Assembly (NCBI RefSeq): GCF_006345805.1
Contig: NW_021833064.1
Location: 62,001 to 126,000, forward strand
DNA length: 64,000 nt
Origin: Octopus sinensis
Lineage: Eukaryota
Direction of reading: 5' to 3'
Below, piece after piece: positions 11,900 to 25,818 of the stretch (its first letter is position 1; each line of letters starts with the position of its first letter). A program made the position numbers and the translations under genes. The notes under the pieces were generated by a model that was not told the origin of the DNA, ran no database searches, and was given only the letters and a program-made list of their open reading frames with translations.

Positions 11900-12650
11900 G
11901 ATGCAAATAAGAAAAGGTGCAAAAATGCAATTGAGACCTTCGTGGTTCTTGTTTTCAAACCCCCTAAGCGTTAATTCCTTGACTATTTTTTTGTTATTTC
12001 CTTTTCTCGCCATTGTGTTAATAGAACCATTTTTTGTGAATTTAATTGGTAAATAAATAAAAATGTAAAAATAGGTCAAAGTTCGATAATGAAACAGGCC
12101 GTTATTAAAACGTCAACATCAACTCGATAAAATCAAAACCAATTAAAAGTATTTGGATTTCAATTTCAATAGATTCTTCGTTTAATCTTCACTTTCTTCG
12201 TAGTATCATTTTTTCAAGCATTTATAAATAGATAGAAAGGAACTTTTTTCCTCCATGGGTGTACTGTATTGCTGTAGACAAAAACAACATCCTTAATACA
12301 GGCGACGTATTTTCCAAAAAATCCATTTGAATTGTTAGTAGACGGGTTCCATCAGTTTATACTTTGATTAAAACTAATTAAAAAAATAATTATAATACAA
12401 CCTCTTCACTTGATCTTGTATCGACTGAACTTTATTCGACTTCTTATATGTTTAATTATATATTTTCCGCATAAATTTTCCATATAAGAGTTGCAAAATT
12501 TTGTCACATCATCCGTATGTAAAATTATTGATGGGCCGATCAGATAAAATACTTTTTAAAATAATTCTAAAATTTTTTTTGATGTATTAGTCATGGCAAG
12601 TTCGGCAGCGACATATTTTTAAAAAGAATCAATTAAAACTCCTTTTCACG
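11900..12650 (-). pseudogene. Degenerate Ginger-type integrase remnant
   Basis: LIGPSIILHTDD..KF.NSYMENLCGKY and VK(S/R)|intron|FNQS; shares AAAAAGAATCAATTAAAAC with the 7995-8020 region of the intact element. Confidence 0.6.
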
Positions 12651-12738
12651 ATTTTCGGTTTATCATTGTGTTTGAGTGTAACAATTTTTTTCTATTTCAA
12701 AAAATTTGAGCTTCGGGTCCATTCATCCTCGCAAAAAA

Positions 12739-15700
12739 CACATTACGAAAGATTAATATTTGTGAAATGAAGTGTTAACAAAAAATTAAAAAATCGAGGA
12801 TAATTAAAAAATTTTGATATCCTGATTCATCTAATTTACCACATTACGAAAGATTAATATTTGTGAAATGAAGTGTTAACAAAAAATTAAAAAATCGAGG
12901 ATAATTAAAAAATTTTGATATCCTAATTCATCTAATTTACCACATTACGAAAGATTAATATTCGTGAAATGAAGTGTTAACAAAAAATTAAAAAATCGAG
13001 GATAATTAAAAAATTTTGATATCGTGATTCATCTAATTTACCACATTACGAAAGATTAATATTTGTGAAATGAAGTGTTAACAAAAAATTAAAAAATCGA
13101 GGATAATTAAAAAATTTGATATCCTGATTCATCTATTTACCACATTACGAAAGATTAATATTCGTGAAATGAAGTGTTAACAAAAAATTAAAAAATCGAG
13201 GATAATTAAAAATTTTGATATCGTGATTCATCTAATTTACCACATTACGAAAGATTAATATTTGTGAAATGAAGTGTTAACAAAAAATTAAAAAATCGAG
13301 GATAATTAAAAAATTTTGATATCCTGATTTATCTAATTCACCACATTACGAAAGATTAATATTCGTGAAATGAAGTGTTAACAAAAAATTAAAAAATCGA
13401 TGATGATTAAACAATTTTGGCATCCTAAATCATCTAATTTACCACATTACGAAAGATTAATATTCGTGAAATGAAGTGTTAACAAAAAATTAAAAAATCG
13501 AGGATAATTAAAAAATTTTGATATCCTGATTTATCTAATTCACCACATTACGAAAGATTAATATTCGTGAAATGAAGTGTTAACAAAAAATTAAAAAATC
13601 GATGATGATTAAACAATTTTGGCATCCTAAATCATCTAATTTACCACATTACGAAAGATTAATATTCGTGAAATGAAGTGTTAACAAAAAATTAAAAAAT
13701 CGAGGATAATTAAAAAATTTTGATATCCTGATTCATCTATTTACCACATTACGAAAGATTAATATTCGTGAAATGAAGTGTTAACAAAAAATTAAAAATC
13801 GAGGATAATTAAAAATTTTGATATCGTGATTCATCTAATTTACCACATTACGAAAGATTAATATTCGTGAAATGAAGTGTTAACAAAAATTAAAAAATCG
13901 AGGATAATTAAAAATTTTGATATCCTGATTTATCTAATTTACCACATTACGAAAGATTAATATTCGTGAAATGAAGTGTTAACAAAAAATTAAAAAATCG
14001 AGATAATTAAAAAATTTTGATATCCTGATTCATCTAATTTACCACATTACGAAAGATTATATTCGTGAAATGAAGTGTTAACAAAAAATTAAAAAATCGA
14101 GGATAATAAAAAATTTTGATATCCTGATTCATCTAATTTACCACATTACGAAAGATTAATATTTGTGAAATGAAGTGTTAACAAAAAATTAAAAAATCGA
14201 GGATAATTAAAAAATTTTGATATCCTGATCATCTAATTACCACATTACGAAAGATTAATATTCGTGAAATGAAGTGTTAACAAAAAATTAAAAATCGAGG
14301 ATAATTAAAAAATTTGATATCCTGATTCATCTAATTTACCACATTACGAAAGATTAATATTCGTGAAATGAAGTGTTAACAAAAAATTAAAAATCGAGGA
14401 TAATTAAAAAATTTTGATATCCTGATTCATCTAATTTACCACATTACGAAAGATTAATATTTGTGAAATGAAGTGTTAACAAAAAATTAAAAAATCGAGG
14501 ATAATTAAAAAATTTGATATCCTGATTCATCTAATTACCACATTACGAAAGATTAATATTCGTGAAATGAAGTGTTAACAAAAAATTAAAAAATCGAGGA
14601 TAATTAAAAAATTTTGATATCCTGATTCATCTAATTTACCACATTACGAAAGATTAATATTCGTGAAATGAAGTGTTAACAAAAAATTAAAAATCGAGGA
14701 TAATTAAAAAATTTTGATATCCTGATTCATCTAATTTACCACATTACGAAAGATTAATATTCGTGAAATGAAGTGTTAACAAAAAATTAAAAAATCGAGG
14801 ATAATTAAAAAATTTTGATATCCTGATTCATCTAATTTACCACATTACGAAAGATTAATATTCGTGAAATGAAGTGTTAACAAAAAATTAAAAAATCGAG
14901 GATAATTAAAAAATTTTGATATCCTGATTCATCTAATTTACCACATTACGAAAGATTAATATTCGTGAAATGAAGTGTTAACAAAAAATTAAAAAATCGA
15001 GGATAATTAAAAAATTTTGATATCCTGATTCATCTAATTTACCACATTACGAAAGATTAATATTCGTGAAATGAAGTGTTAACAAAAAATTAAAAAATCG
15101 AGGATAATTAAAAAATTTTGATATCCTGATTCATCTAATTTACCACATTACGAAAGATTAATATTCGTGAAATGAAGTGTTAACAAAAATTAAAAAATCG
15201 AGGATAATTAAAAATTTTGATATCCTGATTCATCTAATTTACCACATTACGAAAGATTAATATTCGTGAAATGAAGTGTTAACAAAAATTAAAAAATCGA
15301 GGATAATTAAAAATTTTGATATCTTGATTCATCTAATTTACCACATTACGAAAGATTAATATTTGTGAAATGAAGTGTTAACAAAAATTAAAAAATCGAG
15401 GATAATTAAAAAATTTTGATATCCTGATCATCTAATTTACCACATTACGAAAGATTAATATTCGTGAAATGAAGTGTTAACAAAAAATTAAAAAATCGAG
15501 GATAATTAAAAAATTTTGATATCGTGATTCATCTAATTTACCACATTACGAAAGATTAATATTTGTGAAATGAAGTGTTAACAAAAAATTAAAAAATCGA
15601 GGATAATTAAAAAATTTTGATATCCTGATTTATCTAATTCACCACATTACGAAAGATTAATATTCGTGAAATGAAGTGTTAACAAAAAATTAAAAAATCG

Positions 15701-15852
15701 ATGATGATTAAACAATTTTGGCATCCTAAATCATCTAATTTACCACATTACGAAAGATTAATATTCGTGAAATGAAGTGTTAACAAAAAATTAAAAAATC
15801 GAGGATAATTAAAAAATTTTGATATCCTGATTTATCTAATTCACCACATTAC
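12739..15852. repeat. Tandem satellite, about 101-bp unit, about 31 copies
   Basis: Unit CCACATTACGAAAGATTAATATT(C/T)GTGAAATGAAGTGTTAACAAAAAATTAAAAAATCGAGGATAATTAAAAAATTTTGATATCCTGATTCATCTAATTTA repeated head-to-tail (starts at 12839, 12940, ...). Confidence 0.97.
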
Positions 15853-16192
15853 TACCGAACAAAGGCAATTACCAATTCACTTACGCAAATGGAATTCTTT
15901 ACATCCCAGTCCTCGTCTTCCCCGTACCATACTGCCTCCAGCCAATTTTTTAATTATTTTATTCTTTTTAAAGTAATAAATCCCCAATTCTCTGACTACT
16001 TTTTTAAAAAAGATACACTAGAAAAAATAATAAACAGTATTATATTATTAATAAACAAGAAAGTTATCGAATCTAACAGTTAATTAGTAGAACTCTAAAG
16101 CTATATTAATGAATATGCAATAATAAAGTAGGGTCAATGGGCGAATTTCTTTTACAAAATTTTTTTTGCTGGTATCAGGGCTGAATAATTAT

Positions 16193-17972
16193 CTAATATA
16201 TTTTTGACCTATTTCGATGCATATTCAATGATTCCTTTATTTCAGATATCATGGGATTATTTCCTTGACCGCATTTATTTCCAGTAACATCGTCAAAATC
16301 TAAGGTCCACGCAAACATTCCTGCTAGTCCGTTATCGTTTACATATTTTGCCTGCAAAATAAAAAAAGAATTTACTTTTTCTTTAATACTTCTAGTGCTT
16401 TCGTATCCTAACCAATAGTAGTCTTTTACTCCGTGCGATACCTTTTGCTTATTATCCCACACTTCAGTATAACCTAGTTTACAATACTAATTTTTTTATA
16501 GAATAGAAAGTACTTCAATATATGCTAGAATTCCTGATTGTTGTGTTATCGACCCTGCAGGAGTTCCGCCAACAATTCTATCCCCAATTTTTGGATTTTT
16601 TGTGGCAGTTTTGAATCCTTGTCCGTAGATGGGTGACCCAATAATCATTTTTGACTTTGGCGCACCATTTTCGGCCCAATATCTGACAACATAATCCTGT
16701 AAATTTTTGTTTATTTAATCTGATTACAATGTTTAATGTGTCAGTATCACTTATTCCATATAATCCAGAGTGATGGCCCACAGTAGTTGAAAACTGCCCG
16801 TAGAAATCGTAAGTCATCAAATTGATGTAATCAAGGTATCTAATTGTAAGATTGCAAATGCTTAACTTGGATATTTCTTTTATCTCATAGGAAGCCTGAA
16901 TCTTGGAAACTCCTGCTGAGACAGCTGCTGTCAACATATATGTTTTCGGGCCTTTTCGAAACTCTGTGCTCATTGCTTTTAACAGTCGGTTGTACGCTTG
17001 TTTTTGATTTTGAGGATATTCCCAGTCAATGTCAAATCCGTCAAAATTGTGTTTTTTTAAAAAATTTTTGGTGTTTCTTGCGAATATCTCGGCATTGGAT
17101 TCACTGCTTGATACAATTGAAAATTCATTTAACAGTCTTTGGTACCCTCCAACAGAAAGCAAGACTTTTAAATTTGGATTCAAACTTTTAAGAGAAGTGA
17201 TACGATGATAATCGTTATATTTACCTACTATATTTTTAACAAATATACCCTCAGGCAAATCAGACCAAGGGTCATTAGAAATAGGAGTGAGATTGTTTGC
17301 ATCAATGTTGCAAAATGCGTATATTATATGAGTACAAAGGTTTGCAATATCTTTGTCATTAAATTCGAACCCTCCTGTCCTGTATTTTGCCCAGTTTGTA
17401 TAATAGCAAAATAATAATTTATTTTCGTTAGTTTCACTGTTAATAGTTATTACTAAAATAAATCAAGCGATAAATCAAATTTTACCAATTAAATTCTGCG
17501 ATTCCGCATCAGAATTCTTATAATTAATTTGATCTACATCTTCGGATGGAAAATCACTATTTTGTGTTTTTCGCCTGGATGATGTTTCGATTTTATCTAA
17601 TTATTTTAATCGCTTAACTACTGGTAGAAGAAACAGTTGGAGCATTAACTTGTTCATTCTGAAATTTAAATTCATTAAAATAAAATACATTTTTTTCTGG
17701 ACAGTTTACTAAGGAAGGCCAATTACAGACATCTGCTTCACTGTCGTATAGTAATCCACTTGGGCAACTCTTAGTGATCGGCTTTATTCCAATTTGAGTA
17801 CACACTAAGTATTTTTTACATCCATCAATAGGAATATTTCCAATTGATGTGCATGTTTGATCTTTATATGATATTAAATTATACCATTTTGAATGGATTC
17901 TTTTGATAAAATTATCTATTTTTGATAAATTAATAAAAAATTACTAACCGTGAATATTAAATAAATTATCAT
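16193..17972 (-). CDS. Secreted GH18 chitinase with N-terminal CBM14 chitin-binding domain, multi-exon
   Basis: MIIYLIFT|IILSKESIQN| leader; six-Cys CBM14 (...SCPSGLLYDSEADVCNWP..VNC); CYYTNWAKYR; catalytic FDGFDIDWEYP; NLMTYD; AGMFAWTLDFDD; short GT-AG introns. Confidence 0.92.
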
Positions 17973-18299
17973 TTATCTTAGAACTGAGTACTCGCTAGTA
18001 TCGAATTTGGTATTCCATCTGTAATTTTCATTTTTTTAATAGATAATAATTAAATAAAATAAAATTATAATTTAAATTTTTGGCATTTTTCAAATTTTGG
18101 CAAAAATAACAGATTTTGAAATATATATTCAGCTAAAAAGTTTTTGAATAACAATAACAAAACAAGTTGGACGTTCTCTTTTATTTTACCAATTTTTCTA
18201 ATAATGGCGCCAGCATTGTCGAAATCAAAAAAGTTTTAATCAAAAAGACTTGTTTAACGAACGCTGAAAATCATTTCGATCTCGCATTTAATACACAAA

Positions 18300-20340
18300 G
18301 GAGACACACAGTTTTCCTTCTTCTGTTTTGTGTATGAATCTAACAAAATTCACTTGATTTTAGAGAATGTTTCTGACTCGGGTTTACTCTGCTCATTGAC
18401 CATAAATAAACCAACCCTCGGAACGATCACGAGGTTCAATTTTTTACCGGAATATAAATTTAAATAAAAACTTTGGATAATTTTGCGGAACGCCGGAATT
18501 TTTATTTTGAAGTATCACGGACACTAGAGATGCAAATGCTTTCATGATCTATCTTCAAATCTTTTTGGTAGAGGTATCCATATACTATCCTCTGCATATC
18601 CAAAAAATTTATATAACCCTAAAAAAGAATTTCTTGTTGGGTCTCTATCGTAGATTTTGAACTCTGCATCGGTAAAATTTAGATTAATGATACCAACAAA
18701 CCCAATACGAACTATAAAATCACCACATGAAAAGAACTTTTAAGAAATAAGCTCAACTGATGTGCCGATCAACTGTATGGAATTATCTTAAATTAGAAAA
18801 TTTCTATGCTTATTGAGATAATCATTAACCTAGGAAAAGAAGATTCCAACGTGAGATGGGTAAAGGCCTATAGTAATCTCAACTATAAATCCTGAAATTC
18901 TGGGCAATGTACAACAAGCTATAGAACAGTTCACCGATCGAAAATTATAAAGGCAATGGATTTCTAGGAAACTATCTAGCACTTGGATGCTTTCAAAAGA
19001 ATTTTATAGTGTCCCTCGACTAAAGAAACGTATACTGTAGCTTAGAAGTTTCTTGTATAACTGACACTTTTTCATCTCTGAATCTAGATTTCACTTCAGA
19101 AAAATCCGTCTTCTAAAAGGTGTCCCACAGAGCTCTTAGTCTTCTGTTATTTTGGTGTGCAATACGAATGACTACCCTGTCCTTGATGAAGATTTTTCAG
19201 CTATTTGTTCAGTCGTTAAATGAAAAGAAAAGAATAAGATGATTAAGTAGTCCTTATCTTTTCTTATCTTTGTAATAATTATCCACTAGTAAGACCATTT
19301 GTGTGGTTGACTGATACTATTAATAATATTTCTGAATTTTTGAAATATAAATTTGAAAAGAGAGTCTAGCATCTTGATACACACCATCACAGTCAGCAGC
19401 CTCCAACTTAACAAATAAACTCCTCGCTAGCACAAAGTACACTATCATCTGCTTTTGTTATTATTTTTTTCACTCGAAAGCCAAAGTCACTTTTATAAAT
19501 TTTCTTCCAAACAACCCCCCGAATCTTGAGAAATTCAAACTTTAAAGACAAAGACCTCAGACACACGTCCTGATATCAAAACTATACAACTACTCTATCA
19601 GAATCATACTCTACGAAACATATGGAAAAACTTTCGAGCCTTGAAAACCGAAAAATGATCTTTCTAATATCCATATCTTGCGCCTTGTCATAAGTATTGA
19701 AAAAACCAAAGTTAATTTCGCTTTTCCTACAACTGCTAAATTTCAAACATGCCTTTAGATTCGGCGTTATAAAACAACACATTTGAAATCTGTATTTCAA
19801 TTTATTACAAATTTTTTTAATATGAAAACCTGGATATTGTGGATAAATCTCGTTTAACTATGTGGCCACCATTCCTTCAAAAAATTATGGCTTTTTAAAA
19901 ATATGATCTCACTTCCTGTAGTCATCATCTATCGAATTTTTATGAACAAACAGTAATAGCTGTCCATTACTTAATTTTCGTTGACTCCTTTCATGAAAGT
20001 AAAGTCTGGATTGACAATTAATTTCATTTTGTGGAGCTTTCGGAAAAAATAGCTTTTTGACAAAATTTTCCATTTCTTCAAAGAAGAATGGTTCTAGATC
20101 GAGAAGCCCGGTATACTAGTCATAGAACAGGCTCATTAATTGCTCTAAATAGATTGGCTGTATTTAGTTTGGTCGCCGATATATTTTTGAATTTCTTCTT
20201 TAATATTTTTGGGTACATCTTTCTTAGTATTTTGCTGCATCTGTCTTTTAGCACTCTCAAATAACGATGAAAATTTAGTCTATGATTCATCTTAATATTT
20301 CAAAAAAAACAATTTGTTAAATATACTCACTTAACTCTGG
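18300..20340. mobile_element. Mixed degenerate retroelement debris (Ty3/Gypsy RNase H-like on +; R4/Dong-like RT on -)
   Basis: LGFTLLIDHK near 18380 (+); TKLNTANLFRAINE near 20140-20180 (-); no long ORFs. Confidence 0.4.
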
Positions 20341-20482
20341 AAAAGCTCTTAATATTTCCTACAATCTCTATTTATGCAATCTACTAAGTCAAGACGACTA
20401 CAGACTGAATAAAATGAGTACTCTCTGAACCAATCTGAACCAATCAACATATTAAAATACAAAAATGGATGTAATATAAAAA

Positions 20483-21270
20483 TTACGAAACAAGAGTAAA
20501 GTTACTGAATGGTCCCAGACCACCCCCTCTGGACACGGGCCTCACTCCAAACCAAAACGAATTGTGCGAGTCATTAGAACGGAAGGAACAAGTCATGGGC
20601 AGAGGGTCACTCTTCACTTTAGTTAACTAAACTAAAATGACAAAACAGACCATTTTCCATTCAGATGACTCACTCCCATACACGTGTGTGTAGATTTCAT
20701 ATTCAGTTATTTCCGACACACTGAACACATTCGAGGACTGCCAGGATAGTTTGAAACCTATTTCCTCAACCCAACACAACTCAAATCCGTCTTAGTCCCC
20801 GAGAGTATTAGGTGAGGATATATCAGAGTATCATTCGTGAGGTCAATCACCCCAATGGACTCCACTCGTCCTTCGAGTAAAGTCGGGTCCTTGATAGCCG
20901 GGGACTCATGGCCATTCTTTATTAAATTGTTGGCACAATCAGGGGGTGTTTGAGTGACCAAATCTGAACTTAAGTCAGAAGGGCAAGTCTGGGTCTCGAC
21001 TGTGACAGACGGGGGATTTAAGGCCTGGTTGAGTCTTTGTAATTGGTCTGAATAGTCGTTCAATTGAGTTTGAAAGGTTTCTAGACTCTCAATCTTGTCT
21101 TTGATAGAGGCTAGACGTGTTTTCACTGATTCCCGCAATGACCTCATCTTTTTATCCAAACATTCTTGGATGGCACTGTCGATGTGGTCCTCAATCTGAA
21201 TAAAATTGAATGGTCAGCAAACTGTTTTTAGATTTAACTTTTGCGAAGTGATCAAAGTATCATTCGACAT
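20483..21270 (-). CDS. ATF7IP: Miniature ATF7IP/MCAF1/Windei-like protein (coiled coil + C-terminal FN3 domain)
   Basis: N-terminal coiled coil (IEDHIDSAIQECLDKKMRSLRESVK); C-terminal FKLSW...EYEIY...SEWK|..KVKSDPLPMTCSF...FWFGVRPVSRGGGLGPFS resembles the ATF7IP FN3 motif WKKIGEVKALPLPMAC...YYFAVRAKDIYGRFGPF; short introns. Confidence 0.75.
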
Positions 21271-22077
21271 CACAAGAACTTAAATGAAATTTTATTTTGT
21301 GTTAAAATTATTTTCTAAAGTCTATTAGACAAGTACATTAATTTGGAATTATATATTTCCCGTAAAGTAGTCCACGTCAAAGGCTTTCACTGAATTCTAA
21401 AAAGGTTCTCTATTCGAATAAAACAGATCTAATAATGCACAAGTTGTGAAAAAATGGAAAAATTCAATTTACCTACTTCTGCTATCATAAATCAAATATT
21501 TTTGTGCTTCATTTATACATCACTGTATTTCAAGAAAGTACAGTTGTCTGGTCTTTTCTATCAAACCAGTTTAATATGAGTGATTACTCTTTCTAAATAA
21601 TTCAGGACATCTCACTTTTATCCATAATATGAAACAGTAAACTGGTCTATATCTGTCTTATACAAAATAACATAAAAAATCTTTTATATGTATTTATTTA
21701 GAAAACAGACAATACGCCTTTTACGCCAATCAACTTGCCAGAATGGGACTCGTTGCGATAAAGGATTGGAATCTAAATACAGCAAAGTCATAGATCTGTG
21801 TATTTCCCCCAAATACTTTCAATGTAAAAACTCCACAGACGCCGTGCCTCATCAGAGAGACTGATATTTTCCGACATTTTTAAAGGAATTGCTTTGTCGA
21901 TCCTCAAAGTGCATCTAAAAATTCCAGACTAAAAAAAAGTTGAAGATTCATCTAAAAGTGTCTACTTTCGACAAGAAAAGTTGATTTAAAGCAAATCTAT
22001 TATTGTCGGCTACTGTATATTGATAATATCTATCATTCAAAAAGTAACAAAAAGGATTAATTGATTGAAATGACCAG

Positions 22078-22425
22078 TCACCACATGGCCCGAGTAATTC
22101 CAGAAAGAGTGTTATAATCGGCGAGTTTCCTAAAGACGGTTCGATTGACTTTATATGGAAACACAACGTGTGGACGACCAGTCCAAACACAGCGTTGACG
22201 AAGGCGAATATAATTCGAATTTGTAGGAATATTCTTAAGCTCATATGAAGCCTGTTCCTTCAGAGACTGGGGAAGGATTCTGTTTTTCCTCAACGCGTTG
22301 TAACGAATTCTATCCTTCCCAAATAACGAAACGCAGATCCTTCGATGCTCATCCCTCAAATTTTGTTTAAAAAAATGCTTTCCACGAATAAACACATTAT
22401 TTAAGCCAAATGAGGCCAACAACAT
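22078..22425 (-). CDS. MRPS14: Mitochondrial ribosomal protein S14 (nuclear-encoded), intronless
   Basis: RD..RR...RIRYNALRKNRILP...IRLRQRCVWTGRP...RTVFRKLAD...SGITRAMW, typical metazoan uS14m including the terminal W. Confidence 0.93.
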   Translation of the reverse strand: MLLASFGLNNVFIRGKHFFKQNLRDEHRRICVSLFGKDRIRYNALRKNRILPQSLKEQASYELKNIPTNSNYIRLRQRCVWTGRPHVVFPYKVNRTVFRKLADYNTLSGITRAMW

Positions 22426-22559
22426 AACGGCCTTGTTTTATTATTTTATTGGGAATGTTTTTCTTTCATTGAATATAAAGAATTTAAAGTAAGTATTAAT
22501 TAATTCAGTAATCTCTTCATTCTAGTCGATACATTATTTATTCGCACAGTGATTCAGGT

Positions 22560-23150
22560 AGGCAAGTCCGGCTTTTTTCTTTTGAGGAGCTGGCAGGCAC
22601 TGGCGATGTTGTAGACACACTTATTTGGTGATAAAAGAATAAATTTCTATCTTACACGAGACAGAATACGCTTTTAGAACGTGGGGAGTCTTTGGCTAGC
22701 CAGTGACTAAAGTTTTTAAAATTTATAAAATCCTCAGTAGCACTTTTGTATAGGATGGAATGAAGATATTTTGATAAAATCTGGTCCAGTTGATGGTTGT
22801 TCTGGGCACTGAAAACCAGTTTTTAATTTACAAATGATTCTTCAAGTAGATATTTGTGCCTCAAGTATTTATCAGTAGTAGCCAGATGAGTTATTTCCAG
22901 CATTTCTGCCTGAAGAATCGAGAAGCTTTTTTGCAGATACTAATTCGGTTTTTTTCAGTCTATAAGATATTTAAAAAGCATACGTTTACTTAGAAAAGAA
23001 ATTAAAGTCAATCCTCTTCCAAAATTGTTACGGGTGAGGTATAATCTTTGTTCGCCGTTCGCAAATGTTTTATTAATTTTTCTTAGATTATATCGTCCGC
23101 CTTGTTTTATACTGTCAAAAAATAATTAAAGAATGTTTATTTAATTATCA
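22560..23150 (-). mobile_element. Degenerate R4/Dong-like non-LTR fragment
   Basis: QRLYLTRNNFGRGL motif near 23000-23060. Confidence 0.4.
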
Positions 23151-23387
23151 CAGTTGATATAATGTGTTACTTAATTCAAAAAATTACAAAAAGCCCATAA
23201 ATTTCTCATAACTTCAATTATCTAGTCTAAAAGTCAATAAAAGATTATTTAGAAAGCAAATTAACCTCTAAATAGAGTCAAAATAGAACTAAATTTGTAA
23301 ATATAAACACAAAAAACCCAGGTAAAAGTTTAAATAAAGTGGGCTGAAGAACAGATCTGGTCAGGCAGACAAAGACCATCTAAACCA

Positions 23388-24240
23388 GTGGTTCTCAACC
23401 TGGGGTCTGCGAGAAACTTCTGAACCTTTATTTGAATTTTAATTTCAACGACAACTCTTTTAAGACACTTGCACACATGTCATCTCCATCTGATGTATAA
23501 AAATAAGGATTCTTTATTTCTTTGCATCAAAAATAAGAATCAAGTATTTACTAATTTCATATAAACTTTGCTTTCTGATAATTCCATGGTATTACCATCT
23601 TACATGATTTCATTACGTATTGCGAAAGAAAAGAAACCTCAAACTATTGCCAAAAAACTGATTCCTTTTTTTGTAAAGAGATAGTGCGTACTCTTATTGA
23701 CACTCATGCTGAAAATATATTTTCAAATATACTACTATCAAATGATACTGTTCATCGACGAATTTTTGACATGTCAGAAAATATTATATTATTCTTTTTA
23801 ACAGGGGATTCGATTTGCTATTGTGATTTATGCATGTAGGTTTCCAAACAGTTAAAGAAAACGAAACCTATGGACCTTCTTGCAGATAAAAATAGTTTAA
23901 AAAGACTGTCGCCTGTGAGACTTCATAATGCCACATGAGGTAATGGTGTAAAAAAAGATCTTGTTGGTGATGCTGCTAAAACTAACTTGCATTTTCTTTC
24001 TGCCATCATTGGAAATGTCAACGATGTCTGAAGGCAAATGGGTGTTTCAGATTGAATTTATAATTTACATAATTAAGTCATAATAAAATTGCATTTATTT
24101 TAACACGTGGTAGAACAAATTAAAACTTCATGCTATGAAAATTTTGCGATACAGGTTAACGGATCTACCGATGTAGCTAACTGTGCTCAATTAATAATAT
24201 TTGCTTGTTATGTCTATGATGGAGATTTTAAAAAAGGTTT
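23388..24240 (+). mobile_element. hAT (ZBED8/Buster-like) 5' fragment, degenerate
   Basis: TIR-like CAGTGGTTCTCAACCTG near 23388; ILLSNDTVHRRIFDMSENI and FAIQVNGSTDVANCAQLIIF motifs. Confidence 0.65.
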
Positions 24241-24249
24241 ACCGGAAGC

Positions 24250-24570
24250 CCAGACACACAAGCTCAACATACGATAGGCGCGTTGGGACGAGAAATCTCG
24301 AGGCTTCTCAGAAAAGAAACGATCACAGGTAGCAAACCCATCCGACAAAGCACTGTCCAGTCAAGATCCGAAAGGTTTGTGTAGGATCTCCGAGGCCAGG
24401 TTGTTGCACATCGAAAGAGAGAATAGATATGCCAGGAATGCCAAATCGGATGCAGTACGGATTCTCGCACCTCCTAATCTCAGCAGAAGCGAGCATTAGC
24501 CTCATCCTGGAGCATACTAGCAGCATCACGCAAATCTTTTTACTTTTCTTAGGCCAAGCGTTTAACAACT
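24250..24570 (-). mobile_element. CRE-like non-LTR fragment (post-RT region)
   Basis: LRLGGARIRTASDLAFLAYL-type motif. Confidence 0.45.
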
Positions 24571-25818
24571 AAAGTAAAGGCATATTTCCAAACTTCATTT
24601 TAAGTTTATTATTTGCTTGTAAATTTATTAGTTGCAATTTAAGAATAGTAAGAGCTGTTTAAGACCTCTTCAAAAATTTCATTTGCATACATAAAATCAA
24701 ATAGCCAAATATATTTTTTTCTACAAAATCATACTTAATCATTTTATTATCATGGAAGAAGAGAATATTATCTTTCAATTCAAAAACTCTTTTTACAAAT
24801 TTTCTATGACTCACTCATTAATTCTAAACTCTGAGTATTTTATAGTAAAAACCAGACTAAATCTAAATTGGAGTAAACTAGTAGCGCAGTCCTCTTCTGG
24901 ACAATTTTACATACCCTGACACAAGTTTATAATCAATTGACCAAATTTTTATTAAACTACGCTTTTTCGTTACAATCTTTCTATAAAATGGTGTGGTCTA
25001 CGTAAATGGAAAATATGTTTATAATCACATCCTCATGCTGCCATCTCACTTGACGAGTGTGCTTATGGAAACTCTTCCTCTTTCAAACGAGTGTGCACTG
25101 AGAAAGTATTTTTTCTATTTAGATATGGTCACTTTCTCACTGCCTCCAATCTTAACCTTGCTCACATGCTTAGTCGTAGATGGCATACTACCAATTCTCT
25201 CACTTTTTGTCATCCTCTTTCTTACTTCCTTCCTGCTTGTCTCACGTGTCGATTTGGCCATTTTTTCTTTTGTACTCCCTCTTACTTATCCCCAAAAAGA
25301 TGTTTTCGATCTTCTAGTTGCAAATCAATAGGCTACGCTCATCCAAAAAGTGTGGATAACCATATCTGAATGAGGCCTTTAAGTCCTCAAAAGCTTAATT
25401 TCGTAAGCAGTTTGATTAAGACATGCAGTCGCCAATGAGATGGTAATCATCCAAGAGCACATTGGATGTGAATTAAATGAGCATATCGTCGTCATTTTCA
25501 AAAGAATGCTTTAATTAGATAACAAACTGAACACTATTCTTCAAAAGATCAATGCAAGAAGTACACAGGCTGAAGAGTATGTTATGGACATTGGAATATG
25601 ATCATCGTGCAACTTGGGGATTTTTTTTAAAAATTTTTTTGAGTACTTATCAATTCAAGAGAATATACAGTTAGAAAAATTGTTAATTGATTTGTTTAAT
25701 CAATCGAATGTTAGGTCTGAATGTCCGCCTAATCCGATTTACTAACTATTTTTATTAATAACAGCTTTGATGCATGTTTTAAAGAATTTGAGTTGCGTTT
25801 TATTTTTAGTATCATGAC

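Noticed and set aside
12739-15852. Possible CRISPR array
   Set aside because: Whole units repeat with no unique spacers, there are no cas genes, and the context is eukaryotic.
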